Below, one piece after another: positions 37,123 to 47,078 of a stretch of DNA of 64,000 nt. How positions within the stretch are numbered: position 1 is the first letter of the stretch; every line of letters begins with the position of its first letter. The notes beneath the pieces were generated by a model, which had not been told where the DNA came from, did not search any database, and saw nothing but the letters and a program-made list of their open reading frames with translations. The position numbers were made by a program, and so were the translations under genes. This DNA comes from Myxococcota bacterium (GTDB taxonomy: Bacteria > Myxococcota_A > UBA796 > CAJQPC01): positions 179,388 to 243,387 of the forward strand of contig JAZAMN010000071.1 in assembly GCA_036229005.1 (NCBI GenBank), written 5' to 3'.

Positions 37123-38319
37123 ATGGACCTCCCCACTGCCCTCATCCCGATCTGTCAGGACATCGCCGACCAAGGCGGCCGCGCCTACCTGGTGGGCGGC
37201 TGGGTGCGCGACCTGCACCTGGGCCTGCCCTCCAAGGACATCGACCTGGAGGTCTTCGGGCTCCCCCACGACGCCCTCATGGCCACCCTGTCGCGCCACG
37301 GCCGCCCCCACAGCGTCGGCCGCAGCTTCGACGTCATCAAGCTGCGCCTGCCCGACCACGCCGAGGAGCTCGACTGGGCTCTGCCCCGATCGCACCTCGC
37401 CGGCGCCGGAGATCCCAACCTCAGCCTCGAGCAGGCATCCGCCCGGAGAGATCTGCGCTGCAATGCGCTGTACTACGATCCCCTCTCCTCCCAGACCCTC
37501 GACCCCACCGGGGGACTGGCCGACCTCCGCGCCCGCCAGCTCCACCAGGTCAGCGACGCCGGCTTCCTGGACGACCCCCTCCGCGCCCTCCGCGCCATCC
37601 GCCTGGCCGTCCAGAAGGGCCTGGATCTCCACCCCGAGCTGGCCGCCCTCCTGCCCCGCTGCCCCCTGAGCGGCCTCCCCCCCGAGCGCATCCGCGGCGA
37701 GCTCCTCAAGATCTGCCTGGCCCCCGAGCCCCACCGCGCCATCCGGCTGATGGCCGACCACGGGCTCTACGGGCAGCTCCTCCCCGACAGCGATCCCCAG
37801 GCAGCCGCCCAGCGGGCGGAGGAGGTGGCTGGTCTGCGCTCGATGCTCTCGGGCCCACCGCTTCGGCTGCTGTTGGTGCTCGGTGCATGGCTGCTGGATC
37901 ACCCCACCGTCGAGGACACCCTGACCCGCCTGGACCTGGTCTCCGCACACGGAGCGCCGCTGCGCCGCTGGGTCCCCGCCCTCTGCGCAGCCTGGGAGCG
38001 CTCCGAGCGGCCGCCCAGCGACACCGATCTGCGGCGCGAGGCCGACCAGCTCCCCCTGCTGCCCTTCACCCTGCTGAGCTGCGGGCTGCTGGGCCTGGAC
38101 ACCACCGAGCAGATCCTGCGCCTGAGCGCGCTGGGCGTGGACGCCGGGCCCCTGCCCCGCCTGCTGGATGGCGCGGCGCTGCAAGCCCTGGGCATCCCGC
38201 CAGGCCCCCGCATGGGCGCGGCGCTGCGGGCGCTCCGGGAATCCCAGTGGGCAGGCCGGGTTTCCACCCCCGAGCAGGCCCGCGACTTTGTGCGCCTCTG
38301 GGGCCGGAGCCCACAATAG
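37123..38319 (+). CDS. tRNA nucleotidyltransferase/poly(A) polymerase family protein without an HD domain
   Basis: VGGWVRD, KDIDLEV, RRDLRCNA, DPTGGLADL, FLDDPLR.LR, PERIRGEL and a GIPPGPRMG tail. Confidence 0.88.
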   Translation: MDLPTALIPICQDIADQGGRAYLVGGWVRDLHLGLPSKDIDLEVFGLPHDALMATLSRHGRPHSVGRSFDVIKLRLPDHAEELDWALPRSHLAGAGDPNLSLEQASARRDLRCNALYYDPLSSQTLDPTGGLADLRARQLHQVSDAGFLDDPLRALRAIRLAVQKGLDLHPELAALLPRCPLSGLPPERIRGELLKICLAPEPHRAIRLMADHGLYGQLLPDSDPQAAAQRAEEVAGLRSMLSGPPLRLLLVLGAWLLDHPTVEDTLTRLDLVSAHGAPLRRWVPALCAAWERSERPPSDTDLRREADQLPLLPFTLLSCGLLGLDTTEQILRLSALGVDAGPLPRLLDGAALQALGIPPGPRMGAALRALRESQWAGRVSTPEQARDFVRLWGRSPQ

Positions 38320-38362
38320 GGACTATGTTGCAGGCACACCAGCCACGGGAACAACGACCAGC

Positions 38363-39871
38363 ATGACCCTCCTCCTCGCGCTCTTCGCCACGAGCTGCAC
38401 CCTGGGTCTCCAGGCCCCCGCCCAGGCCCAGGAAACCCCGCCCGCCGAGCCCGCTCCCCAGGAGCCCAGCGCCGCGGCCGAGGCCCCAGCGGTCGCCGTC
38501 CTGGAGCTGAGCTCCGACATCCGCGCCGAGTACCTGCACCGCGCCCCCATGCTGGTGCGCCTGAGCGTCACCAACAGCGGCGGCGCCAAGGGCAGCTTCC
38601 CCGACCTCAAGGCGCGCCCGCACCTGGTCCACTTCGAGTTCGTGGACGAGCGCGGCAAGAAGGTCGTCTACCGCAACACCGCGCCCTCCAGCGACACCAA
38701 CACCCAGTGGAGCCTCGGCCCCCGCGGTCGCAAGCAGGTGCTGCTGGAGATCCCCCAGTCCCAGACCCTCAAGCCGGGGGCCTACACCCTCACCGTCCGC
38801 ATCAAGGACCCCGCCGGCGAGAAGGCGCTGGACCCCGTCAAGCTCCAGGTCGTGCCCGTGCGGCCCCAGGCCGGGGAGCTCACCTTCGAGCCCCTGGGCG
38901 CCAAGCGCGGCGGCCACCAGGTGGTCTGGCTGCAGGACGGCGAGCAGGGCTACGACATCTACCTGCACCACGCCGACGCAAAAGACCCCGTCCGCGAGCT
39001 GGCCGACTACCACCTGGCCCACCTGGAGCAGCCCGCCACCCCCGTCCTGGCCCTGGCTCAGCCCGGCCAGCGCTGGGACCGCCACGTCTACTGGCAGCGC
39101 GACGCCCGCTCTCTGCAGGTGGTGCGCTTGGACGGACAGGCCAACGCCTCCGCGCCCAAGGTCATCCAGACCCCCTACCCCAAGATCGAGGTCATGGGGC
39201 GCGGCGTCAGCGACGGCGACGGCGGCCTGCACATCCCCGTCTGGATCCCCGCCCCCAAGGGCTCCGGCGGCGAGCTCATGGTCATCAGCCTGCGCGACGG
39301 GGGCACCCGCAGCTACCGCAGCCTCTCCCGCTACGACCAGCGCCCGGCCTGGCTGGAGACCGGCGTGGACAGCGGCGGCAACCTGCGCGTCGTGCTCCCC
39401 AACGACGGCAACCTGGACCAGTACACGGTGCTCTCTGCGACCGAGCTCCCGGGCGCCGGCAAGCGCCTGGTCGACGTCAAGGTCACCCCCACCCCGCCCC
39501 TGGCGGCCTCCTACGGCGTGATCCCCGCCGCCGAGGGGCAGTCGGGCGGTCTGGGCCTCTTCGCCTTGCTGGAGACCGCCGAGCCCGGCGTCGCTCAGGG
39601 CGTGTGGTTCTCCCTGGACGGCAAGCAGGTCGCCCAGGGCCCCAAGCTCCCTCTGGGCCCCGGCAGCGTCCAGGATGTGCTCCCCATGGGCCGCGACGAC
39701 TTCGCTGTGCTCATGCTCCAGGAGGACGGCAGCTCGGTGCTCGTGCAGCCTGGGCTCACCCCCTTGCCCGTGGAGAAGCTGGACCGCCCGGCGCTGGTCT
39801 CCGACGGCGAGGTGATCTGGGTGCGCGGCTTCCAGGACGACGGCCCCATCGTGAGCAAGCGCCTGCGCTGA
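38363..39871 (+). CDS. Exported beta-rich hypothetical protein (possible lipoprotein)
   Basis: MTLLLALFATSC start, P/A/E linker and strong codon bias. Confidence 0.72.
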   Translation: MTLLLALFATSCTLGLQAPAQAQETPPAEPAPQEPSAAAEAPAVAVLELSSDIRAEYLHRAPMLVRLSVTNSGGAKGSFPDLKARPHLVHFEFVDERGKKVVYRNTAPSSDTNTQWSLGPRGRKQVLLEIPQSQTLKPGAYTLTVRIKDPAGEKALDPVKLQVVPVRPQAGELTFEPLGAKRGGHQVVWLQDGEQGYDIYLHHADAKDPVRELADYHLAHLEQPATPVLALAQPGQRWDRHVYWQRDARSLQVVRLDGQANASAPKVIQTPYPKIEVMGRGVSDGDGGLHIPVWIPAPKGSGGELMVISLRDGGTRSYRSLSRYDQRPAWLETGVDSGGNLRVVLPNDGNLDQYTVLSATELPGAGKRLVDVKVTPTPPLAASYGVIPAAEGQSGGLGLFALLETAEPGVAQGVWFSLDGKQVAQGPKLPLGPGSVQDVLPMGRDDFAVLMLQEDGSSVLVQPGLTPLPVEKLDRPALVSDGEVIWVRGFQDDGPIVSKRLR

Positions 39872-40002
39872 GTCAGGCGGCCTGACGGCCCCCGCCCCCG
39901 AGGGGCCCCGGGTCCAGAGCGGCCCCGGGTTCCACAACGGACCCCAGAGCAGAGAGGCCGGACCCCAAGGGGCCCGGCCTCTCACTGGATCTGCACCAGC
40001 GC

Positions 40003-41001
40003 TCAGTCAGCGCAGTGGTAGACCTTGGCGACGTCCGCCGAGAAGCTCTCGTCCACTGCACCGTCGCAGGCCGCGCCGGAGGTGTAGGTCGTGTAGCTCA
40101 GGGTCTCGCCGTCAAAGGAGAAGCCAGCGCGGCCACCGTCATCGCAGGTGTTGCAGGAGGGGTTGTCCACGCTCGGGTTCAGCGTGCAGCCACAGAAGGT
40201 GGCCTGCTCGCCAGCGCAGTAGGCCGCCTCGGCCAGGCCGAACGCGGTCTCGCGCGCCTTGCAGTCGCCCGCGGCCTCCCGCTCGGGGGAGCAGGCCTCG
40301 TTGGGGACAACACACTCGACAGCCAGGGTGTCGATGAGGTCGCTGCACGCGCCCTCCGCGACGATCAGGCCAAAGGAGAGCAGGTCGTCGTCCATCGGCA
40401 GGGACCAGGTGTCCAGCGCGATGGTGTAGCGACGGTCAGGGTGCAGCGCGGTGTCGACCGTGCAGTACTCGGGGGTGGCGCGACCGGCGTGGGCGCCGTT
40501 CTGGCCACGGCTGCCGACGAACACACACTCGTTGGTGTTCACGGTGACCACGTTGCCCAGGGAGTCCTCGTAGGCCTGCTCGAAGTCGCCCATCTCCAGG
40601 TCCGGCGTGCCGGTGTAGTTGGAGCTCAGGCCCACCGACAGGTCGATGTCGCCATCGTCATCGGTGTTGTCGGCGTACTGGTACGCAGGGCTGGGGGACT
40701 CCAGGTCCACGGACTGGTTCCAGGTCACGGCCTCGGGGTCCACGAACACGCAGTACTCGCCACCGTCCGCCATGAAGCTCGCGGTCGCGCCGCCAAAGAG
40801 CTGGTCCCGAGGCACGGTGACGGAGGCGTACACCGTGTTCTCGCGGCGCTGGGCAGCGGTCGCCAGATCCGAGAGGGGCACCGGCGTGACTTCGCCGATG
40901 TCCAGGACGCCGTCGTAGCCCGCGACGGGCTGAGGGGTGTACTCCTCTCCGCTGCGGTCGCAGGCCAGCAGGGAGAGCACCAGGGTAGAAGCGAACATCA
41001 T
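40003..41001 (-). CDS. Acidic, Cys-rich lipoprotein, third gene of the TonB-receptor operon
   Basis: Lipobox LLAC, many Cys in the C-terminal half and TGATG coupling. Confidence 0.78.
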   Translation of the reverse strand: MMFASTLVLSLLACDRSGEEYTPQPVAGYDGVLDIGEVTPVPLSDLATAAQRRENTVYASVTVPRDQLFGGATASFMADGGEYCVFVDPEAVTWNQSVDLESPSPAYQYADNTDDDGDIDLSVGLSSNYTGTPDLEMGDFEQAYEDSLGNVVTVNTNECVFVGSRGQNGAHAGRATPEYCTVDTALHPDRRYTIALDTWSLPMDDDLLSFGLIVAEGACSDLIDTLAVECVVPNEACSPEREAAGDCKARETAFGLAEAAYCAGEQATFCGCTLNPSVDNPSCNTCDDGGRAGFSFDGETLSYTTYTSGAACDGAVDESFSADVAKVYHCAD

Positions 41002-41912
41002 CAGTTCTCCACCTTCTCGCCGATCACGAGGCGGATCTCCGGGGTGTCGGCGCGGTAGGCCTCGGCGTCCTCCGCCTCGACCGTGAACACGTCGTCCATC
41101 CCGACCACCCAGTCGCCCTCGCCGATGTAGCGGGCGGGGTAGTTCAGCAGATCCGTCTCAGCGACGCCGTAGGCGATATCGTTGTTGTACTCGGTGTTGG
41201 TCTGACCGTCGTTGGGATCGCAGGTCGAGAAGGTGAAGCGGTTGGACGCGGTGCCCTCGAACATGTCGGAGGGGGCGTCCATCCAACCCCAGAGCTGCAT
41301 GCCCTGGCGGTAGTTGACCCGCCACATGTTGAACTCGGCCTCGAAGTCGCCGTCGGCGTTCTCGACAAAGTCCAGGCGGTCGATCTTCTCGCCCTCGTAG
41401 GTGACCTCGGAGATCCACTCCATCTCGTAGTCGGCCGTGATCTCGAAGAGGTCGTAGCAGACGGTCTGGAAGTAGCCGGCGGAGTCCACCTCGTTGCCGA
41501 ACTGATCCTGGATGGGGTCACCCACCACGTCCCGGAAGAAGGAGATCAGGTCGTCGTAGTCGGTGAAGCGACCGCTGGGCGTGCGGCAAGCCAGGTAGTC
41601 GAAGCAGGCAAAGTCAAAGCGACCCACGGACCCGCCCCCGTAGGGATAGGTGTTGCCCGGCAGGTCCGCGGAGACCACGGGCCCGGTCTCGGGGTGGGTG
41701 TAGCCGTAGTCAAGCTGGTTCACGCTGGGGAAGGCGCCCAGGTAGACCGGCCCGATGAAGCGGGAGTCGGTCACCTCGGTGATCTCACCGGTCTCAGCGT
41801 CCAGGATCCGTCGGGTGGCCGCCTCGCGGGGGATCACCACGGTGCCCGAGATGTTCGCCTGCGGGAGCTCTTCGTCGAAGGTGCAACCCAGCACCAGGGA
41901 AAGCAACAACAT
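41001..41912 (-). CDS. Acidic lipoprotein, second gene of the TonB-receptor operon
   Basis: MLLLSLVLGC start 8 bp after the receptor stop, with GAGG RBS. Confidence 0.78.
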   Translation of the reverse strand: MLLLSLVLGCTFDEELPQANISGTVVIPREAATRRILDAETGEITEVTDSRFIGPVYLGAFPSVNQLDYGYTHPETGPVVSADLPGNTYPYGGGSVGRFDFACFDYLACRTPSGRFTDYDDLISFFRDVVGDPIQDQFGNEVDSAGYFQTVCYDLFEITADYEMEWISEVTYEGEKIDRLDFVENADGDFEAEFNMWRVNYRQGMQLWGWMDAPSDMFEGTASNRFTFSTCDPNDGQTNTEYNNDIAYGVAETDLLNYPARYIGEGDWVVGMDDVFTVEAEDAEAYRADTPEIRLVIGEKVEN

Positions 41913-41920
41913 GGGGGACC

Positions 41921-44662
41921 TCAGAAGCTGTACTCGATGCCGACCTGAACCTCAACGGGGTTCTGGCGGCTGGTGATGACCCAACGGTTCTGTGCGTAGA
42001 GGAAGGAGCCGCTGACGCTGTCGGGGTTTCGGGCGTTGATGGCGTTCTCCAGGATGAGGAAGCCGGTCATCTGGCCACGGGGGACGTCGAAGTCCTGGGT
42101 GAGCTGGATGCTCGCGTAGTACAGCGGCTTGGTGCGCGCGTAGGTGCCCAGGTCGGACTTGAGGATGGAGGAGCTGCCGTAGCCCGCGCCGTAGTAGTAG
42201 CGGGAGATGGGGGAGCCCGAGAAGTACTGCAGGTTCACACCCAGGGAGGTGGTCCAGGGGTCGTTGGCGAACTCGTAGGCAGCGAAGCCCTTGACCTGGT
42301 GCCGGATGTCCGTGGGCAGGTTGCCGTAGGCGTAGGCGGACTGGCTGGGCACTGCCAGACCGGAGCCGCTGCCACCGAGGACGGTGCCCATGGAGCGCAC
42401 GTAGGAGTAGGTCACCGAGGCGAGCCAGCGGTTGGACCAGTTCTTCCGGGCCTGGACGTCGGTCTGGTAGTAGTCGCGACGGGACACGGAGGGGGTGCGC
42501 AGGCGGAAGAGGCTCTCGACCTCACCGTTGCTGGTGCCGACGTAGCCGAAGCCGTCCTCGTCCCAGATCACGTTGGTCTCGTCAAAGACGTACTGGTTCC
42601 GGGTGAACTTGGCGGCGAAGTTGGCAGCGATGACGATGTCATCGATGATCTGACGCTCGGCCACCAGGGAGAACTCATCGGAGTGCGGGGCCGTCAGGCG
42701 GTCGTGCACGGTGTTGAGGTTCTCGTTGGGGGTCAGGCTGTAGTTGTCGGAGGAGGCGTTGGTGTACCCGGAGAAGAACTCACCCAGGTAGAGCTTGTCG
42801 CCAAAGCCAGCGGAGTTCAGGCTGTTGGCGATGCCCAGGTTGCCGATGCCGTTGAAGCGGCCGTAGCCACCACCGATCTTGGTGCGGTCGTCGCCGAAGG
42901 GGTCCCACGCAGCGTAGAGGCGGGGGCCCCAGACGCCGAAGTTGACCACCGCCACGTTCTGGTCGGAGCGCTGGACGGAGCGGTCGTAGCGCACACCAAA
43001 GCGGAAGGTCAGGTTGTCCACGGGCTTGTAGACGTCCTGCACGAAGCCACCGAAGGCCTCACCGGACTGCGCGTAGGTCAGCGCACCGGTGGTCTCCAGC
43101 CAGTAGTAGTTCTGGAAGGTGGTGGGATCGTAGGTGACCTCGTTGAGGTCGACGTAGAGGATGTTGCCGGCGTAGCCGTAGGTGCGCTCGGTCGACAGCC
43201 GGTTGAACTCGACGCCGGCCTTGAAGTCGTGGGTACCGGGCAGGAAGGGGACGGTCCGCTGGAGCAGGCTCACCTTCGAGTTCACGGTGTACCGGAAGCG
43301 ATCGTCGAACTGGTAGAAGGGGTAGTTCTCGGAGCTGTAGGCGTTGAACGAGCCCTGACGACCGGGGGTCAGGATGTCCAGGGAGCCCTCGGTCTCGTTG
43401 GGCTCGCAGGCGTGGTAGCCCAGCTTGGCGTTGTGGGTACAGGGCACCGCAGAGGTCTCGATGTAGGACTTCTGCATGGTGGCCTTGGTCTCGACGAACA
43501 CCTCGGGGCTGATGAACCAGTCCCACTGCAGCGAGGTGACCAGACCACCCTGGACCTGGCGACCCTGCGCCTCGGGGAGGATGAAGCGGTCGCTCTGGAC
43601 CGTGTTGTCGATGGTGGTCGGGTCGGCCTGCGCCAGCACCGTGAAGCGGTGGGCTGCGGTGGGCTGCGCGGTCAACTTGGCCATCACGTAGTGGCCTTCG
43701 TAGTCGCGGGGCAGGTCGATGCCGACGTTGGAGATCTGGGAGCGCGCGGTCTGGTAGCTGATGATGAACCAGGCCTTGTCACGGATGATGGGGCCGGAGA
43801 CCTTGCCGGAGATCCGGTAGGTGCTGAACTGGCTGTCGAAGTCCGTGGGGGCGAGCTGCACACCGTCGGCGGTGTAGCGGGCGTCCGACTTGGGCGCCCA
43901 GTTGCCGTTGGAGTAGAAGACGTTGGACTGGAACTCCAGCGTGTTGCCGCCGGTCTCCGTCACGATGTTGATGATGCCGCCGAGGTTGTTCGGGTGCTCG
44001 GCGTCGAAGGCGCCGGTGATGACCTCGAGCTGCTCGATGGCGTCAAAGTTGAAGTTCAGCGAGAAGGTACCGGTGACCGGGTCGGTGATGTTCACACCGT
44101 CGATCATGTAGGTGTTCTCGTTGGACGCGCCGCCCGCCATGTTGGCGTTTCCGGTGCCGACGACGCCCGGCGCGGACTGCACCGCGGTCAGGTAGTCACG
44201 GCCGGTGGGCACGCGATCCAGGAACTCCTTGGTCATGACCGTGGTCCGCTGGGTCTGCTCCGTATCGATCGCCGGCCGCTCGTCGGTGACCACCATGACC
44301 TCGGAGGCCTCTTGGTAGGTCATCTCGATGGTCAGCGGCACGGTCCGGCCGATCAGCACCTGGATGTCGTTGTACTGGATGGTGCCGAAGCCCGCGAACT
44401 CGGCGCGCACCGAGTAGAGGCCGGGGGGCAGCTTCGAGAAGAGGAAGCGCCCCTGGGCGTCCGAGTTCTGCTGCTGAGCACCACCGATCAACGCCGGCGA
44501 CTCGATGGTCACGAGCACGCCAGGGATGGCGAGGCCGCCATCGTCGATGGTCGTGCCCTTGATGGTGCCGGTGGTCTGGGCGTGTGCCTCTGCGCTCGTG
44601 AACATGAGCGCGAGGGGCAGGAAGAGCACCATCAGCAGCTTGAAGAAGCTGGAACCGCGCAT
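41921..44662 (-). CDS. Oar-like TonB-dependent outer membrane receptor with an N-terminal carboxypeptidase-regulatory-like domain
   Basis: Signal peptide ending AHA, LPPGLYSV, plug motif NTYMIDGVNITDP...GGIINIVT, GPIIRDKAWF and C-terminal IEYSF. GGAGG precedes ATG 44662. Confidence 0.9.
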   Translation of the reverse strand: MRGSSFFKLLMVLFLPLALMFTSAEAHAQTTGTIKGTTIDDGGLAIPGVLVTIESPALIGGAQQQNSDAQGRFLFSKLPPGLYSVRAEFAGFGTIQYNDIQVLIGRTVPLTIEMTYQEASEVMVVTDERPAIDTEQTQRTTVMTKEFLDRVPTGRDYLTAVQSAPGVVGTGNANMAGGASNENTYMIDGVNITDPVTGTFSLNFNFDAIEQLEVITGAFDAEHPNNLGGIINIVTETGGNTLEFQSNVFYSNGNWAPKSDARYTADGVQLAPTDFDSQFSTYRISGKVSGPIIRDKAWFIISYQTARSQISNVGIDLPRDYEGHYVMAKLTAQPTAAHRFTVLAQADPTTIDNTVQSDRFILPEAQGRQVQGGLVTSLQWDWFISPEVFVETKATMQKSYIETSAVPCTHNAKLGYHACEPNETEGSLDILTPGRQGSFNAYSSENYPFYQFDDRFRYTVNSKVSLLQRTVPFLPGTHDFKAGVEFNRLSTERTYGYAGNILYVDLNEVTYDPTTFQNYYWLETTGALTYAQSGEAFGGFVQDVYKPVDNLTFRFGVRYDRSVQRSDQNVAVVNFGVWGPRLYAAWDPFGDDRTKIGGGYGRFNGIGNLGIANSLNSAGFGDKLYLGEFFSGYTNASSDNYSLTPNENLNTVHDRLTAPHSDEFSLVAERQIIDDIVIAANFAAKFTRNQYVFDETNVIWDEDGFGYVGTSNGEVESLFRLRTPSVSRRDYYQTDVQARKNWSNRWLASVTYSYVRSMGTVLGGSGSGLAVPSQSAYAYGNLPTDIRHQVKGFAAYEFANDPWTTSLGVNLQYFSGSPISRYYYGAGYGSSSILKSDLGTYARTKPLYYASIQLTQDFDVPRGQMTGFLILENAINARNPDSVSGSFLYAQNRWVITSRQNPVEVQVGIEYSF

Positions 44663-44756
44663 GTGCGGCCTCCGGGAAGGAGAAGGATCGGGAACCAGAT
44701 TGGTGTGGTCCGGGCGGACCCGGCCCCGCAATAGACGGGGGCACCATAGCGGTGCA

Positions 44757-44785
44757 GGAATACGCGACACGCCTGCCCGCGTCAA
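44757..44785 (-). promoter_or_regulatory. Putative sigma70 promoter of the TonB-receptor operon
   Basis: TTGACG-N17-TATTCC on the minus strand. Confidence 0.45.
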
Positions 44786-44970
44786 CCACAAGGTCCCAGA
44801 AGGCCGGCTGAACAGGCCCAGAACACCCCTCTTCCCCGCTCCATGGACGAGCCAGGGGCCGCTTCCATTTCACGCCGGCCACCGATCAGCCATCGGATCG
44901 ACACGGGGCCACGGTGGGGCGCAGAAGACAACTACACGCGCGAGCCGCTGAGGCAATACCGCACAGCGCC

Positions 44971-45000
44971 TTGACTGACGGCCACTCACGCGTGTACTTA
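44971..45000 (+). promoter_or_regulatory. Putative sigma70 promoter of the divergent protease operon
   Basis: TTGACT-N18-TACTTA about 30 nt before GGAGG-N5-ATG. Confidence 0.4.
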
Positions 45001-45030
45001 GGCGGGACGTGTCCCCTTCTGGAGGTTCCC

Positions 45031-45678
45031 ATGCTGCGTCGCTTCGCAGTCGCCCTCACTCTCGGACTGGCAGCAGCCGGTACCTGGTCCCTGCTGGACG
45101 CCCCAGTGGCCCAGGCTCGCTCCGTCACCCCCCTGACCCAGGACCAGATGGTCGACGCCTCCGACCTGGTCGTCAAGGGCGTGGTCTCCGAGGTCTGGAC
45201 CCAGCTCGATGATCAGCGCCGAATCTGGACGCTGGCCTCGGTCGAGGTCACCCGCGTCTACAAGGGCGCCTCCACCACCGAGCAGGTCCTGGTGTACCAG
45301 AAGGGTGGCAGCCACAACGGCGTCTCCATGGTCTCCAGCGTGTTCGTCCGCTTCTCCCCCGGCGAAGAGGTCCTCCTCTTCCTGGAGACCAACAGCGCGG
45401 GCAAGAACCTGGTGATCGGCGGCGACCTGGGCAAGTACACCGTGCGCATCGACCCCGACAACGGCGATCAGATGCTGGTGCGCGCCACCGTGCCCCAGAA
45501 CATGTACTACGACCACCGCTTCCTCCCCCACCCTCCCGCCGACCAGCGCATCTACCTGGCGGACGTCGAGGCTGAGGTCCTGGACCGCGTGGCCGAGGGC
45601 TGGGACGGTCAGCCGATCCCCGGCACCTCCATGGACCGCCTGGAGCGCATCAACACCACCCAGGGGGTGACCCGATGA
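45031..45678 (+). CDS. Secreted hypothetical protein, partner of the downstream matrixin
   Basis: Signal peptide, SDLVVKGVV, GG..GV and F.PGEEVLLFL motifs. ATGA-coupled to the next gene. Confidence 0.75.
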   Translation: MLRRFAVALTLGLAAAGTWSLLDAPVAQARSVTPLTQDQMVDASDLVVKGVVSEVWTQLDDQRRIWTLASVEVTRVYKGASTTEQVLVYQKGGSHNGVSMVSSVFVRFSPGEEVLLFLETNSAGKNLVIGGDLGKYTVRIDPDNGDQMLVRATVPQNMYYDHRFLPHPPADQRIYLADVEAEVLDRVAEGWDGQPIPGTSMDRLERINTTQGVTR

Positions 45679-47063
45679 TCAGCCTCGTCCTGCTGCTGGG
45701 CGCGCCCGACGCCCACGCCTTCAAGTTCCGCGCCCCCGCCCTCAAGTGGAGCAACGAGCAGCTCCCGCTGACCGTCTACAGCTCCGCCTACCTGGAGGAC
45801 TCCCTCCCCCAGACGCTGGACGAGGAGACCGGCCGCTACCCCCAGGAGGACCTGTTCATCAAGTCCCTCTGCAACTGGCACTGGACCGACTACTGCGAGG
45901 AGATGCTCTCCGCCGACTGGCAGCAGTACGACGACGCGACCTGCGCCGACATCCCCTTCGAGTACGGCGGCCAGGTGAGCAACCACACCGGCGCGGCCAA
46001 CGACGGCGTGTTCGTCCTCTACTGGGACGACCCCGCTGACGAGCTCGCGACCGGCGTGAACGGCGTGTCCTCGGCATGGCCCTCCGGCGACTACATCGAC
46101 GTGATCGCCGGCGAGCAGGTCCAGTCCTTCGGCGGCTGCGACATCACGATGAACAACGACATCGTGTGGGGCCTCACCAACGACATGGAGGAGAACTGCC
46201 CCAGCGGCACCATGTCCGCGGAGTCCACCCTGACCCATGAGTCCGGACACTGCCTGGGCCTGGGCCATAGCTGCGATGACGGCGAGCTCTGCACCGAGTC
46301 CGAGCTGCTCAACGCCACCATGTACTGGTCCGGCGGCCCCTGCGATACCTCGCGTGCATCCATCGGCGCGGACGACGTCTCCGGTGTCACCGCGCTCTAC
46401 GGCCCCTACCTGACCTGGTCGGTGACCGACGAGAGCGTGCGCTTCGGCCCGGCCCCCCTGGAGATCTGCTTCCAGGTGGACGCGGAGACCGAGTACCTCG
46501 ATCAGGTCCAGACCATCGAGTGGAACTTCGGCGACGGCAACACCTCCACCGAGCTCGAGCCCTGCCACTCCTACGAGACCCAGGGCCAGTTCAGCGTCAC
46601 CGCCACGGTCAACGGCCTCTCCGACTCCTGCGGGGAGTGGGAGGTCGCCCAGACCCAGCGCGCCCACGTGCTGGTCTGCGAGGAGCCCATCCCCGACTTC
46701 GACCTGCAGCACGACGACGGCCTGACCTACCAGCTCGTGAACGCCACCGACGTGTCGACCTACGGCTGCGTGGACGGCCTGATCTGGGAGATCTTCCAGG
46801 GCAACAGCGCCGACGGTGAGCCCATCGACACCTTCTCGGCCTGGTCCCCCAAGGTCGAGTTCGACGCCGAGGGCACCTACACCATCCGGCTCACCGCCCA
46901 GGGTCCGGCTGGCGAGTCCAGCATCGACAACACCTTCGAGGTCGAGGAGCTCCGCGGCGAGGGCGCCGGCTGCAGCAGCACCGGCTCCAACCCCCAGGGC
47001 CTGCTCTTTGGCCTGGCCGGGCTGGCCGTGGCCTTCGTCTTTGGCCGCCGTCGCCGCCGCTGA
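45675..47063 (+). CDS. Matrixin (M10)-like metalloprotease with PKD domains and a MYXO-CTERM-like anchor
   Basis: HESGHCLGLGHS, Met-turn ATMY, WNFGDG PKD motif and tail GCSST...LAGLAVAFVFGRRRRR. Confidence 0.87.
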   Translation: MISLVLLLGAPDAHAFKFRAPALKWSNEQLPLTVYSSAYLEDSLPQTLDEETGRYPQEDLFIKSLCNWHWTDYCEEMLSADWQQYDDATCADIPFEYGGQVSNHTGAANDGVFVLYWDDPADELATGVNGVSSAWPSGDYIDVIAGEQVQSFGGCDITMNNDIVWGLTNDMEENCPSGTMSAESTLTHESGHCLGLGHSCDDGELCTESELLNATMYWSGGPCDTSRASIGADDVSGVTALYGPYLTWSVTDESVRFGPAPLEICFQVDAETEYLDQVQTIEWNFGDGNTSTELEPCHSYETQGQFSVTATVNGLSDSCGEWEVAQTQRAHVLVCEEPIPDFDLQHDDGLTYQLVNATDVSTYGCVDGLIWEIFQGNSADGEPIDTFSAWSPKVEFDAEGTYTIRLTAQGPAGESSIDNTFEVEELRGEGAGCSSTGSNPQGLLFGLAGLAVAFVFGRRRRR

Positions 47064-47078
47064 GGCGGCCCGGCCTTG

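Noticed and set aside
39872..40002. Intergenic hairpins as an ncRNA or mobile element
   Set aside because: The GAGAGGCCGG..CCGGCCTCTC stem lies between convergent genes and is adequately explained as a terminator-like structure. No second full copy was seen.
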